The position numbers were made by a program, and so were the translations under genes. A stretch of DNA of 32,000 nucleotides from Candidatus Kuenenia stuttgartensis (lineage in GTDB: Bacteria > Planctomycetota > Brocadiia > Brocadiales > Brocadiaceae): contig NZ_LT934425.1 in assembly GCF_900232105.1 (NCBI RefSeq), positions 4,080,001 through 4,112,000 of the forward strand. The letters run 5' to 3'. Position 1 is the stretch's first letter. Each line of letters starts with the position of its first letter. Positions 1 through 10,160 of this stretch are shown here, piece after piece. Below the pieces are notes generated by a model. That model searched no databases, was not told where the DNA came from, and saw nothing but the letters and a program-made list of their open reading frames with translations.

Positions 1-200
1 AACATGCAAGGATTCTTCCCCATGTGCATATCACAGTGGCATGGATACCTGTATCTTTTCCCCATGAAAGACTTACATGGAAAATGATAAATGCCCCACA
101 GATAACCACCCTCTGTAATCCTCTTGAGTTTATCGATTGCAAATTTACCGTTGAAAGGGAATGGGTCGATCCGGAGGATTATTTTCCGGCAAAAGACTGA
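1..200 (+). CDS. 3' end of an unidentified protein-coding gene (partial, runs off the left edge)
   Basis: Plus frame 3 is open from the window edge to TGA at 198-200 (66 codons ending ...CKFTVEREWVDPEDYFPAKD). It is convergent with atpG. The same-register antisense frame is also stop-free, so the call rests on composition only. No family recognised. Confidence 0.3.
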   Translation, partial: HARILPHVHITVAWIPVSFPHERLTWKMINAPQITTLCNPLEFIDCKFTVEREWVDPEDYFPAKD

Positions 201-246
201 TTTTTGGCTTACCGAATTATTCTCCCATGTTACAAAAAGAAATGAA

Positions 247-1146
247 TCAAAATTGTTTCCCTTCTGATTGCAACGCCTCAAAGCCCGCTACTATATCAAG
301 AAGTTCTTCAGTGATAGAGGTCTGATACTGATGACGATAGGACATATTCAACCCTTCAACCGTTTCTTTTATATTTTTTTCTGCAGTTTGCATGGAAGAA
401 AGCCGGCTTGCGTTTTCACTTGCCATAGACTCTGCAAGTGCCCGATAGAGTAAAACAAAAATATACTGGCGAACAAGCGTTGAAAAAAGTTTCCTCCTCT
501 CCATTGTAAATGTTGGAATTATATGAGATGGCCATTTTTTCCCCGCTAACGCATCCAACCATTCCTGATCCAGCGGCAAGAGATGCGCTGTTTGAGGTTT
601 GCAGGAAGTGCTGGATAACAATTTATGGTGAAACAAAATAACCTTTGTAATTTTCCCCTTCTCTTCCAAACTGTTAAGCGCCGTTACAATTTTGTATCCG
701 GTTTCTACAAGCTCTGAGTGGGACGCCGGTACAGGGAATATTTCTTCAACAGGATGCCCTCGTTCTTCGATAAGATCTGCTGCCCGCACTCCGACGCAGA
801 GCAAAACATATCGTTCATGGGCAATGCTTTTGCTGTACATGCTTTCCAGCGCATATGATGTTATTTGACTATTGAATCCGCCACAAAGGCCATGGTCGGA
901 ACCGAATACCACGGCGCATCCTGCAGTTTTTTCCTTTCCTGATATTTTTGAAACAACTTCTCCCTCTCCTTTTTGGAGAACCACCTGAAGGCCCATTTCA
1001 ATGGTTCGGTAGTAACCGGAAACCGCTTCAACAGCTTCCTCATAATGGCGAACATTTATCGCTGCAAGCGTTTTCATAGTTTTTACTATGGCATGCAAAT
1101 CTTCAGCGCTCTGAATTTTCCTCCTCAACCGTTCAAGTGTTAGCAT
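247..1146 (-). CDS. atpG: F-type ATPase gamma subunit (N-ATPase operon)
   Basis: 299 aa. The N-terminal helix (...IQSAEDLHAIVKTMKTLAAINVRHYEEA) and C-terminal helix (...ITEELLDIVAGFEAL) are typical of gamma. The ATG directly abuts the TAG stop of atpA (1146/1147). Last gene of the operon. Confidence 0.9.
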   Translation of the reverse strand: MLTLERLRRKIQSAEDLHAIVKTMKTLAAINVRHYEEAVEAVSGYYRTIEMGLQVVLQKGEGEVVSKISGKEKTAGCAVVFGSDHGLCGGFNSQITSYALESMYSKSIAHERYVLLCVGVRAADLIEERGHPVEEIFPVPASHSELVETGYKIVTALNSLEEKGKITKVILFHHKLLSSTSCKPQTAHLLPLDQEWLDALAGKKWPSHIIPTFTMERRKLFSTLVRQYIFVLLYRALAESMASENASRLSSMQTAEKNIKETVEGLNMSYRHQYQTSITEELLDIVAGFEALQSEGKQF

Positions 1147-2688
1147 CTAAATGCCCTCTTCTTTTTCAGCAATAACATTTCTTGCCAGAGAGACAATTTT
1201 ATACCGGTCTTCGTCAATGAGTTGTTCTCCTTTTTCAATCTTCTGGCATACGTCAGGCAATTTTTCAGTCACTTCTTTACTGATGGCGGATTCCGCTGCA
1301 GAAATAAGCTCTATGGGCGATTTATCCAATAAGCCTTCCACTACTGCCATTAAAACAACAATTTGCACAGAAACCGGCACAGGTTGAAACTGTGGCTGTT
1401 TGAGAATCTCACGGACACGTTTCCCACGCTCAATAATTTTTCGGGTTGATTCATCTAACCGCGTGCTGAAACGCGCAAACCTCTCCAACTCCTCAAATTG
1501 AGCGTAAGAAAGCCGTAAATCACTTGCCACCATCCTGTAAGACGGAAATTGTGCCTTGCCCCCGACTCTGGATACCGACCTCCCTACATTTACAGCCGGC
1601 ATAATCCCTTTCTGCGCAAGTTCCGGAGATAGATAAATCTGTCCGTCAGTGATAGAAATCAAATTTGTAGGAATATACGCCGAAATATTCTGCGCTTCCG
1701 TCTCAATAATAGGCAAAGAGGTCAAAGACCCTCCTCCAAGCTCTTTTTTCAGGTGTGTGGATCTTTCCAGCAGGCGGGAATGAATATAAAAAATATCGCC
1801 GGGAAAAGCTTCCCTGCCAGGCGGCCTTCTCAGCAGGAGGGATAGTTCCCGGTATGCCCGTGCATGATTCGTTAAATCATCGTACACGATGAGCACATCC
1901 TCTCCCTTATACATGAAATATTCCGCCATGGCAGTGGCGGCATAAGGAGCGATATATTTCATTCCGGGAGTCGATTCACCAGCGGCAACCACGATAATTG
2001 TATTATCCAATACATCATTTTTCCGAAGATCCGCTATCAATTTTGCCACGGAAGAACTTCTTTGCCCTATTGCGCAGTAAACGCAAATAACCCCCTTATC
2101 TTTTTGATTAATAATCGTGTCCAGGGCAATCGTTGTCTTTCCTGTCTGGCGGTCGCCAAGAATGAGTTCTCTTTGCCCCCTTCCTATGGGGATTAAGGCG
2201 TCTATCACCTTTATTCCTGTTTGCAGCGGTATATTTACCGGAGAACGGTCAATAATAGCCGGCGCTTCTCTCTCTATAATTTGACGGTGAGTTGTTCGTA
2301 CCGGGCCATAATTATCCAAAGGCCTTCCCACAGCATCTATCACGCGCCCAAGCAGCATTTTACCGACAGGCACATCTATGACCTTGCCTGTCCGCTGCAC
2401 TTCGCCTCCCGCTTTTATATCATCATCTTCGTCGAGCAAAATGATCCCAGCTTCCCCATGATCCAGGTTGAATACCAGGCCGGGAAGACTGCCGGAAAAA
2501 AGCACCATTTCTTCAGATTTCACATTCCATAAGCCATTTACCCGCGCAATTCCTTTTCCCACGTAAGTAACCGTGCCTGTTTCCCGTATTTCCAGTGGAT
2601 ATTCTTTTTTCTCCAATATCTGTCCGAAGGCATCAAATGCCTTGTTAATTTGTGTTTCCATGAGATTTCCAGTAGTCGCCATAATCAT
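1147..2688 (-). CDS. atpA: F-type ATPase alpha subunit
   Basis: 513 aa. Walker A GDRQTGKT, conserved [10 protein letters not shown]-like block ([12 protein letters not shown]), [20 protein letters not shown] and ITDGQIYL motifs. Confidence 0.97.
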   Translation of the reverse strand: MIMATTGNLMETQINKAFDAFGQILEKKEYPLEIRETGTVTYVGKGIARVNGLWNVKSEEMVLFSGSLPGLVFNLDHGEAGIILLDEDDDIKAGGEVQRTGKVIDVPVGKMLLGRVIDAVGRPLDNYGPVRTTHRQIIEREAPAIIDRSPVNIPLQTGIKVIDALIPIGRGQRELILGDRQTGKTTIALDTIINQKDKGVICVYCAIGQRSSSVAKLIADLRKNDVLDNTIIVVAAGESTPGMKYIAPYAATAMAEYFMYKGEDVLIVYDDLTNHARAYRELSLLLRRPPGREAFPGDIFYIHSRLLERSTHLKKELGGGSLTSLPIIETEAQNISAYIPTNLISITDGQIYLSPELAQKGIMPAVNVGRSVSRVGGKAQFPSYRMVASDLRLSYAQFEELERFARFSTRLDESTRKIIERGKRVREILKQPQFQPVPVSVQIVVLMAVVEGLLDKSPIELISAAESAISKEVTEKLPDVCQKIEKGEQLIDEDRYKIVSLARNVIAEKEEGI

Positions 2689-2690
2689 GA

Positions 2691-3461
2691 TTACCTCGCT
2701 AATTCTTCATCCAATGTTTTATCCACTTCTTTCTCAAGGAATTTAATGTAATCATCGAGGTTCCATCCGATCCTGTAGTTTTTTACCCTGAAGTCTATTC
2801 CACAAATATGGTCATGGGGAGATATATATTGAATTTCCAGTTTTTCACCCATGACATTGCTGATTTCAGTGGTAATGATTTGCTGCTGTTCTGCAGGAAT
2901 CTCAAACATACTGGTTATCACTGCCTGATAGTGTGATTGTTCTAAAATGTCTTTAATCTTGTTTTTCTCTGTGTTGCCAAGATTTCTGATTTTTTTAAGA
3001 AAGGTATCTGTCATATTTTTTTCAAGATCAGCACTTGAAAGATCCGACAATATTTTTCTCAGAATAGCATATATCTGCGTAGTCGTTTTTTTCCGGAGAT
3101 TTGCAAGAAACGTTTCTCTCTCTTCCTTCAATGATTCATGCCATCGTTCTTTCAATTCTTCAACTTCCCTGCGTGCATTTTCAATAAGTTCCTTTTTCTG
3201 TGCTTCTGCTTCCAAACTTGCGCTGGTAAAGAGACTTTCGCATCTTGCATCATTTTCCTTATTTTTTTGAAGATAAAGTTCTCTTTCGTTGTCTGCGTCA
3301 ATCATCTTCTGTTCCGCCGACTGCAATTTGGAAGCGATCATTTCTTCTCTTGCATTCATAACCGAAATAATCCTTCCATAAAGAAAATGCTTCAGGAGAA
3401 AAACAAGAAGCAGGAAGTTAAATATTTGGGCAAATACGGTGAACCAATTAATAAGCATCAC
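2691..3461 (-). CDS. atpF: F-type ATPase b subunit with delta(OSCP)-like C-terminal extension
   Basis: 256 aa. One N-terminal TM helix ([20 protein letters not shown]), a long charged coiled-coil, then about 100 aa resembling the delta C-terminal domain. GTG at 3461 or ATG at 3458 overlaps the atpE TGA (TGATG). Confidence 0.85.
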   Translation of the reverse strand: MMLINWFTVFAQIFNFLLLVFLLKHFLYGRIISVMNAREEMIASKLQSAEQKMIDADNERELYLQKNKENDARCESLFTSASLEAEAQKKELIENARREVEELKERWHESLKEERETFLANLRKKTTTQIYAILRKILSDLSSADLEKNMTDTFLKKIRNLGNTEKNKIKDILEQSHYQAVITSMFEIPAEQQQIITTEISNVMGEKLEIQYISPHDHICGIDFRVKNYRIGWNLDDYIKFLEKEVDKTLDEELAR

Positions 3462-3739
3462 TGTCCCCCGGCTTTAGTTATCACATAATTCCAAAAAGGA
3501 TTTGCAAAAATAACAATCATAGCTACAACAAAACAATAGATCGCAGTGGATTCTATCATAGCCATGCTGACAAACAACGTCCTCGTAATTGTATTTGCCT
3601 CGTCAGGCTGCTGTGCAATTGAACTGAGAGCCTGAGCCGCCGCACGAGCCTCTCCCAGCGCGGGGCCAATCGAACCAACCGCTATTGTAAAACCGGCGAC
3701 AATAATAGATACCATTCCAATCAGGCCAACATTATCCAT
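3458..3739 (-). CDS. atpE: F-type ATPase c subunit (rotor ring)
   Basis: 93 aa two-helix hairpin with loop QQPD and the helix-2 carboxylate motif MIESTAIY. By eye it is collinear with the Ilyobacter tartaricus c subunit. Confidence 0.93.
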   Translation of the reverse strand: MDNVGLIGMVSIIVAGFTIAVGSIGPALGEARAAAQALSSIAQQPDEANTITRTLFVSMAMIESTAIYCFVVAMIVIFANPFWNYVITKAGGQ

Positions 3740-3745
3740 GCTGTT

Positions 3746-4456
3746 TTACTCCTTTCCTTTTCCATATTTTTCTAATGTTTGTTCTTTTTCTTCATAAACC
3801 CGCGTTGCAGAAGCGATATACACGATAGAAAGAATAGCAAAAATGTACGCCTGTATTAACCCTGTCAGCAAGCCCAACGCCTGCATGAGAATGGGGAAAA
3901 AAATTGGCGCAATCGAAAGCAGGATTGCGATGATAACAGACCCGCTCATAACGTTTCCAAAAAGCCTGACTGCAAGCGCTATCGTACGGGAGGCTTCTCC
4001 CAAAATATTGAACGGCAACATGAATGGCGTGGGTTTCAAATAATGTTTCAAATAACCTATAAAACCGCGTTTTGATATTCCGTAAAACTGCACTGCCACA
4101 AATACACAAATGGCAAGCGCTGCAGTGGTTGATAAGGAACCGGTGGGCGATTGATACCCCGGAATAATACTCATAATGACAGACACTGAAATGAATAAAA
4201 ATAACGTTCCCACGATAGGCAAAAACCTGTCCGGTTCCTGGTTGCTGATTGCCCGAATCTGTTTATTCATGCCTAATACAAGCGTTTCAAGAAGATTTTG
4301 CCAGCGGGATATCTTGCATTCTGTCGTCAATTTCTTCGTGCCAAACCATGACAGCGCAACAATCACTGCCATGGTAATCCAGGTATAGACAATGGTCGCA
4401 TTTAATGCGATCGGCCCAATGTGAAGAACTATTGTATTGTCAGGACTTATATTCAC
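3746..4456 (-). CDS. atpB: F-type ATPase a subunit
   Basis: 236 aa polytopic membrane protein with the essential stator arginine motif (LAVRLFGNVMSG) and C-terminal helices typical of subunit a. Confidence 0.9.
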   Translation of the reverse strand: MNISPDNTIVLHIGPIALNATIVYTWITMAVIVALSWFGTKKLTTECKISRWQNLLETLVLGMNKQIRAISNQEPDRFLPIVGTLFLFISVSVIMSIIPGYQSPTGSLSTTAALAICVFVAVQFYGISKRGFIGYLKHYLKPTPFMLPFNILGEASRTIALAVRLFGNVMSGSVIIAILLSIAPIFFPILMQALGLLTGLIQAYIFAILSIVYIASATRVYEEKEQTLEKYGKGKE

Positions 4457-4469
4457 GCATTACCCCCCA

Positions 4470-4781
4470 CTATTTTGAATGGTATGTCATCTTCATCTTG
4501 GACCCTTCGGGAAGAAAACGTTTTACCAATACTCGTCGTACAATAAAGAACCCCACTAAACACACAAGTAATCGTTCCCAGCGGCCATCCATGATGAAAT
4601 AAAATGTAGCCAGAACAATCGCCATGCGTATAATATAACTTAGCATAATCAGTGCGGAGGGGTATTTTATTATTGGAAGATAATGTATGGTACTCCACAT
4701 GCCGGCAAAATTCAGCAAACCTACCGCCATTCCAACTGCAAGTGCAGTGGCAAGCGTAAATATATCATTTACCATAATCAT
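4470..4781 (-). CDS. atpR: N-ATPase accessory membrane protein AtpR
   Basis: 103 aa, about 3 hydrophobic helices, with an arginine inside a helix (YIIRMAIVLATF). It sits between atpQ and atpB, as in N-ATPase operons. Assignment is by position and topology, not by alignment. Confidence 0.7.
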   Translation of the reverse strand: MIMVNDIFTLATALAVGMAVGLLNFAGMWSTIHYLPIIKYPSALIMLSYIIRMAIVLATFYFIMDGRWERLLVCLVGFFIVRRVLVKRFLPEGSKMKMTYHSK

Positions 4782-4828
4782 TATTCCCCTTTGTTCCAGA
4801 TATATTTAACAGTAAAGCAAGATTCACA

Positions 4829-5135
4829 TTAATCATTTTTATCGGACATTTTTATCCAGCGCCACGCATTCAGGCAACCAATTGCTATGCCAACACTAAG
4901 AAGCGTAAGCGTCCATGACACAGGCGACGGCCATTTTTTATCAATCCAGATACCAAGTGCTATGCCAAGTAATGTGGGAATAGTTATCGACCAGCCTATG
5001 ATCCCCGACATGCCCATGCCAAACCAAAACGATTTGGACTTCGATTCTTTCCTGCCTTTTATTTTACGCGATTCTTTTTTCCCTACTTCCACAACGAATT
5101 TTTTTAATACATCATCCTCTTTCTTTTGTGCAGGG

Positions 5136-5143
<8 letters not shown>
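4829..5143 (-). CDS. atpQ: N-ATPase accessory membrane protein AtpQ (ATPase_gene1/AtpZ-like)
   Basis: Basic N-terminus followed by two TM helices (FGMGMSGIIGWSITIPTLLGIALGIWID..., WTLTLLSVGIAIGCLNAWRWI). I prefer the ATG at 5143 (ATGGTTGA overlapping the atpC stop) over the ORF-track start at 5191. Confidence 0.65.
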
Positions 5144-6928
<1,785 letters not shown>

Positions 6929-7132
6929 TTATTATCGTATTACTTGTTGAAATACTGGTAATACTTTATGTAGCAGCAATTCATCCGTCGCCGCTACACC
7001 GCTGATAATGGCGTTATTGTAGTATTTTAAAAAAACGGACCTGTTGCGAAAAATCAGTATAGGTCAAAAGAAAATTCAATGCAAGCACAATACGCTTGCA
7101 CATTACTTACAAAACGAATGGTTAAAATATTT

Positions 7133-7153
7133 TGTAACACTTTGGTTTTTTGA
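7133..7153 (+). repeat. 21-nt dispersed motif TGTAACAC-TTYRK-TTTTTT-GA, copy a
   Basis: TGTAACACTTTGGTTTTTTGA. It recurs at 25632-25652 (+, TGTAACACTTTATTTTTTTGA) and 25765-25785 (-, TGTAACACTTCAGTTTTTTGA). Confidence 0.7.
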
Positions 7154-7165
7154 AAAACGTAAGAG

Positions 7166-7217
7166 CGAGAGACGAGAAACGAAGGATATCCGTCGTCTCT
7201 CGTCCGTCATCCTTCGT
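7166..7217. repeat. Interleaved inverted repeats (A-B-A'-B' topology) in the atpD / M50-protease divergent intergenic region
   Basis: A is CGAGAGACGA at 7166-7175, pairing with A' TCGTCTCTCG at 7193-7202. B is ACGAAGGAT at 7179-7187, pairing with B' ATCCTTCGT at 7209-7217. Both pairs are perfect complements. Confidence 0.6.
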
Positions 7218-7353
7218 CCTCGGTAGTTTATATTACGCTATAATAGTAGCCAGGAGGTTAAAATTATTATTGCATTTAACATTGAAAAAGATTAGAGATG
7301 CGGTAAGCGTATTTTGGGTTGAATAATTTAAAAACAGATGAAAGGAGAAAAAC

Positions 7354-8463
7354 ATGAACGGATCATTACAGGGGGCATGGAAGATAGGTACGGTAATGGG
7401 TATTCCAATAAGAGTGCATTTTACGTGGTTTATCGTCTTCGGTTTGATTACATGGTCTCTGTCAACTTTATACTTTCCAAAGGCAGCTCCTGACCTACCT
7501 GTGACATCTTACTGGCTAAAAGGCGCCCTTGCAGCCCTTCTACTTTTCGCCTCCGTAGCCTTTCACGAACTGGCCCATTGCATTGTGGCAAAGAGGTACA
7601 AAATTTCCATAGAGAGCATAACACTCTTTATCTTTGGTGGAGTTTCCAGGATGAAAAGTGAACCACCCCACCCAAGGGCTGAATTTAATATTGCTATTGC
7701 AGGGCCTCTTTCCAGTTTTTTTTTGTACGCTTTGTTTTACTTTATTTCTATGGGTGTATCAGGAAGCATGAAGACGCTTTTTATATACCTGGCACAAATC
7801 AATCTGATTATTGGGATATTTAATCTCATTCCGGGTTTCCCTTTGGATGGGGGGAGGGTTTTGAGAGCTATTTTGTGGAGTAAGAATAAGAACTTTTTTT
7901 CTGCGACGCAAAAGGCAGCTGGCGTCGGGAGGAAGATTGCCCTGTTTTTTGTCTTTTTCGGGTTGTTTTCTCTTTTTACAGGAGTGCCGGGAGGTCTGTG
8001 GCTGATGCTTATTGGTTGGTTTCTCTTTACGGCAGCCCAGGCAAGTTATCAGCAGTCAGCGCTTCAGGAATATCTTTTTGGCGTTAAAGTCAAAGACTTA
8101 ATGGTGAGGGACCTGATTAACGTAAGTCCTTCCCTTAGCCTTGAGGAGGTTGTGAATAATTACTTTCTGAAATATGGCTACGGCGGTTTCCCTGTAGTAG
8201 AGGATGGAAAGTATCTTGGTATAATAACCCTGAAAGAAATAAAAGGCATACCTAAAAACGCTTTTGAAGATACAAGAGTCAGGGAAGTTTATCTGAAACA
8301 TAAAAAGCAATGGGAAATATCCGCCGAAGCGGAGGCAATAAAAGCCCTTGAATCGATGCTGAGGGAAGATACAGGGAGGTTGGTTGTTAAGAAAGGGGCA
8401 TCTATACAGGGACTCATAACCAGAAACGGCATTGCCCGTTATGTCCAAATCATCGGGAAATGA
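7354..8463 (+). CDS. Site-2 protease family (peptidase M50) membrane metalloprotease with tandem CBS domains
   Basis: 369 aa. HExxH (FHELAHC) in a TM helix, second zinc-ligand motif NLIPGFPLDGGR, and a C-terminal CBS pair (...GGFPVVEDGKYLGIITLKEI... / ...GRLVVKKGASIQGLITRNGI). SD AGGAG lies 6-7 nt upstream of the ATG. Confidence 0.9.
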   Translation: MNGSLQGAWKIGTVMGIPIRVHFTWFIVFGLITWSLSTLYFPKAAPDLPVTSYWLKGALAALLLFASVAFHELAHCIVAKRYKISIESITLFIFGGVSRMKSEPPHPRAEFNIAIAGPLSSFFLYALFYFISMGVSGSMKTLFIYLAQINLIIGIFNLIPGFPLDGGRVLRAILWSKNKNFFSATQKAAGVGRKIALFFVFFGLFSLFTGVPGGLWLMLIGWFLFTAAQASYQQSALQEYLFGVKVKDLMVRDLINVSPSLSLEEVVNNYFLKYGYGGFPVVEDGKYLGIITLKEIKGIPKNAFEDTRVREVYLKHKKQWEISAEAEAIKALESMLREDTGRLVVKKGASIQGLITRNGIARYVQIIGK

Positions 8464-8588
8464 CACGGTCAATTGATATTCTGCCTTACGAACCTGCAAT
8501 CATACCGGCAGCAAAATATAACCGGAACATCTGCATCAGAAGGAAAGTAATAAGTCCCGGAAACTTAAAGCAAACCGGAGGTGCTTCG

Positions 8589-10160
8589 ATGGTTCACAAA
8601 AAATCGGCATACACAATATCAAGGGAAGACTTTGATGCGGTAATCTTTGATCTTGACGGAGTGGTCACCGATACGGCAAGCGTGCATGCAGATGCATGGA
8701 AAAAGATGTTTGATGAATTTCTCTCCCAATATGCTGCCTGTAATAATAAGCCATTTCAACCTTTTGATATTGACGCAGATTACCGCCTTTATGTTGATGG
8801 CAAACCACGTTTTGATGGCGTGAGGAGTTTCCTCCGTTCAAGGGGTGTTAATCTGCCCGAAGGACAACCAGATGATTTGCCCGGCACAGAATCTATCCAC
8901 GGCCTGGGCAAATTAAAGAATGAATATTTCCTGAAACACATCGGAGACCATGGCGCTGAAGTATATGATTCGACAATAGATTTTATACATAGTTTGAAAA
9001 AACAAGGCTGCAAAACAGCCATAATATCCTCGAGTAGAAACTGCGCCATGATCCTTGATTCAACAAATCTTTCATCCCTGTTTGACGTCAGGGTGGATGG
9101 ACTGGATTCTGAAGTTCTTGGCATTAAAGGTAAGCCTGCTCCGGACATTTTCCTTGAGGCAGCAAGACAGTTAAAGGCGAAACCTGAACGTGCGGTTGTG
9201 ATTGAAGATGCTATTTCAGGTGTTCAAGCAGGAAAAGCCGGCAAATTCAGGCTTGTGGTTGGTGTGGCACGGACAGGCGATAAAGAATCGCTGCTTGAAA
9301 ACGGAGCTGATGTAGTAGTTGAAGACCTCTCTGAAATCGGCGTCAGGAACGATATTGAAGTAATTCATGGCCTGCCTTCCGCACTGGACAGCATTGATGA
9401 TATTGCCAATCAGGCAAGGGGCAAACGCATTGCCGTTTTTCTTGACTACGACGGAACTCTAACCCCTATAGTTGAAACACCCGACAAAGCTATTATGGCA
9501 GAAGACATGCGGGAGGCTGTGATAAAACTTTCCAATAATTGTACGGTAGGAATAATAAGCGGTCGCGATCTAAAAGATGTGCAGGAGAAGGTGGAAATAG
9601 ACTCATTTGTCTATGCCGGAAGCCATGGCTTTGATATTGCGGGGCCAGAGGGATTAAACATAAAGAGTCAGGCAGGGGCAGAATTTCTGCCTGTTCTCGA
9701 TAAAGCAGAGAAGGAACTTTCCGAAAAGCTCCGCTCAATAGAAGGTGTGTTTGTGGAACGGAAAAAATTCGCTATTGCCATTCATTATCGCCTTGTAACT
9801 CCGGAGAAAGCCGAACTTGTAGATGAGATTGTGGATAAAGTGGCTTCCGTCTATCCTGAACTTAGAAAGGCATACGGAAAAAAGATATTCGAACTACAGC
9901 CGGATATTGACTGGCACAAGGGAAAGGCCCTGCTTACCTTATTAAAAGCATTGAAGCTTGACGGAGACGACGTACTGCCTTTTTATATAGGAGATGATGT
10001 GACCGATGAAGACGCATTCTGGACACTCAAAGGCAGTGGTATCGGAATTGTTGTCTGGGACGAACCCTATGAGACGGCGGCTTCTTATAGTCTTAAGAAT
10101 CCGGAAGAGGTACGCAAATTCCTTTTGAAACTTATTCCATTAGGAGGTGGCCATGAATAA
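8589..10160 (+). CDS. Bifunctional HAD fusion: beta-phosphoglucomutase-like domain + trehalose-6-phosphate phosphatase (OtsB-like) domain
   Basis: N-terminal half: HAD motifs FDLDGVVTD, IISSS, KGKPAPDIF, IEDAISGVQAG (beta-PGM type with a large cap). C-terminal half, from about nt 9350: FLDYDGTLTP, GIISGRD, HKGKAL, YIGDDVTDEDAF (T6PP type). I prefer the ATG at 8589, preceded by GGAGGTG, over the ORF-track start at 8460. Confidence 0.85.
   Translation: MVHKKSAYTISREDFDAVIFDLDGVVTDTASVHADAWKKMFDEFLSQYAACNNKPFQPFDIDADYRLYVDGKPRFDGVRSFLRSRGVNLPEGQPDDLPGTESIHGLGKLKNEYFLKHIGDHGAEVYDSTIDFIHSLKKQGCKTAIISSSRNCAMILDSTNLSSLFDVRVDGLDSEVLGIKGKPAPDIFLEAARQLKAKPERAVVIEDAISGVQAGKAGKFRLVVGVARTGDKESLLENGADVVVEDLSEIGVRNDIEVIHGLPSALDSIDDIANQARGKRIAVFLDYDGTLTPIVETPDKAIMAEDMREAVIKLSNNCTVGIISGRDLKDVQEKVEIDSFVYAGSHGFDIAGPEGLNIKSQAGAEFLPVLDKAEKELSEKLRSIEGVFVERKKFAIAIHYRLVTPEKAELVDEIVDKVASVYPELRKAYGKKIFELQPDIDWHKGKALLTLLKALKLDGDDVLPFYIGDDVTDEDAFWTLKGSGIGIVVWDEPYETAASYSLKNPEEVRKFLLKLIPLGGGHE

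Noticed and set aside
1-287. Minus-strand reading frame open from about 287 to the left edge (Cys/His-rich, ...YPCHCDMHMGKNPCM)
   Set aside because: It has no ATG or GTG start downstream of atpG (only a TTG overlapping atpG by 35 nt). It is in the same codon register as the plus-strand frame, which ends with a plausible protein C-terminus, so it is treated as a shadow ORF.
7044-7226. 60-aa ORF in the atpD / protease intergenic region
   Set aside because: Its C-terminal half is simply the translation of the GACGA/TCGTC inverted repeats (KRKSERRETKDIRRLSSVILRPR). It has no SD and no family resemblance.
8460-8588. Upstream start (ATGA overlap with the protease stop) adding 43 aa to the PGM-T6PP fusion
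   Set aside because: The extra residues (MTRSIDILPYEPAIIPAAKYNRNICIRRKV...) precede the HAD fold. A strong GGAGGTG lies 5 nt before the ATG at 8589, which gives a normal distance to the DLDG nucleophile motif. The upstream start is kept only as an alternative.
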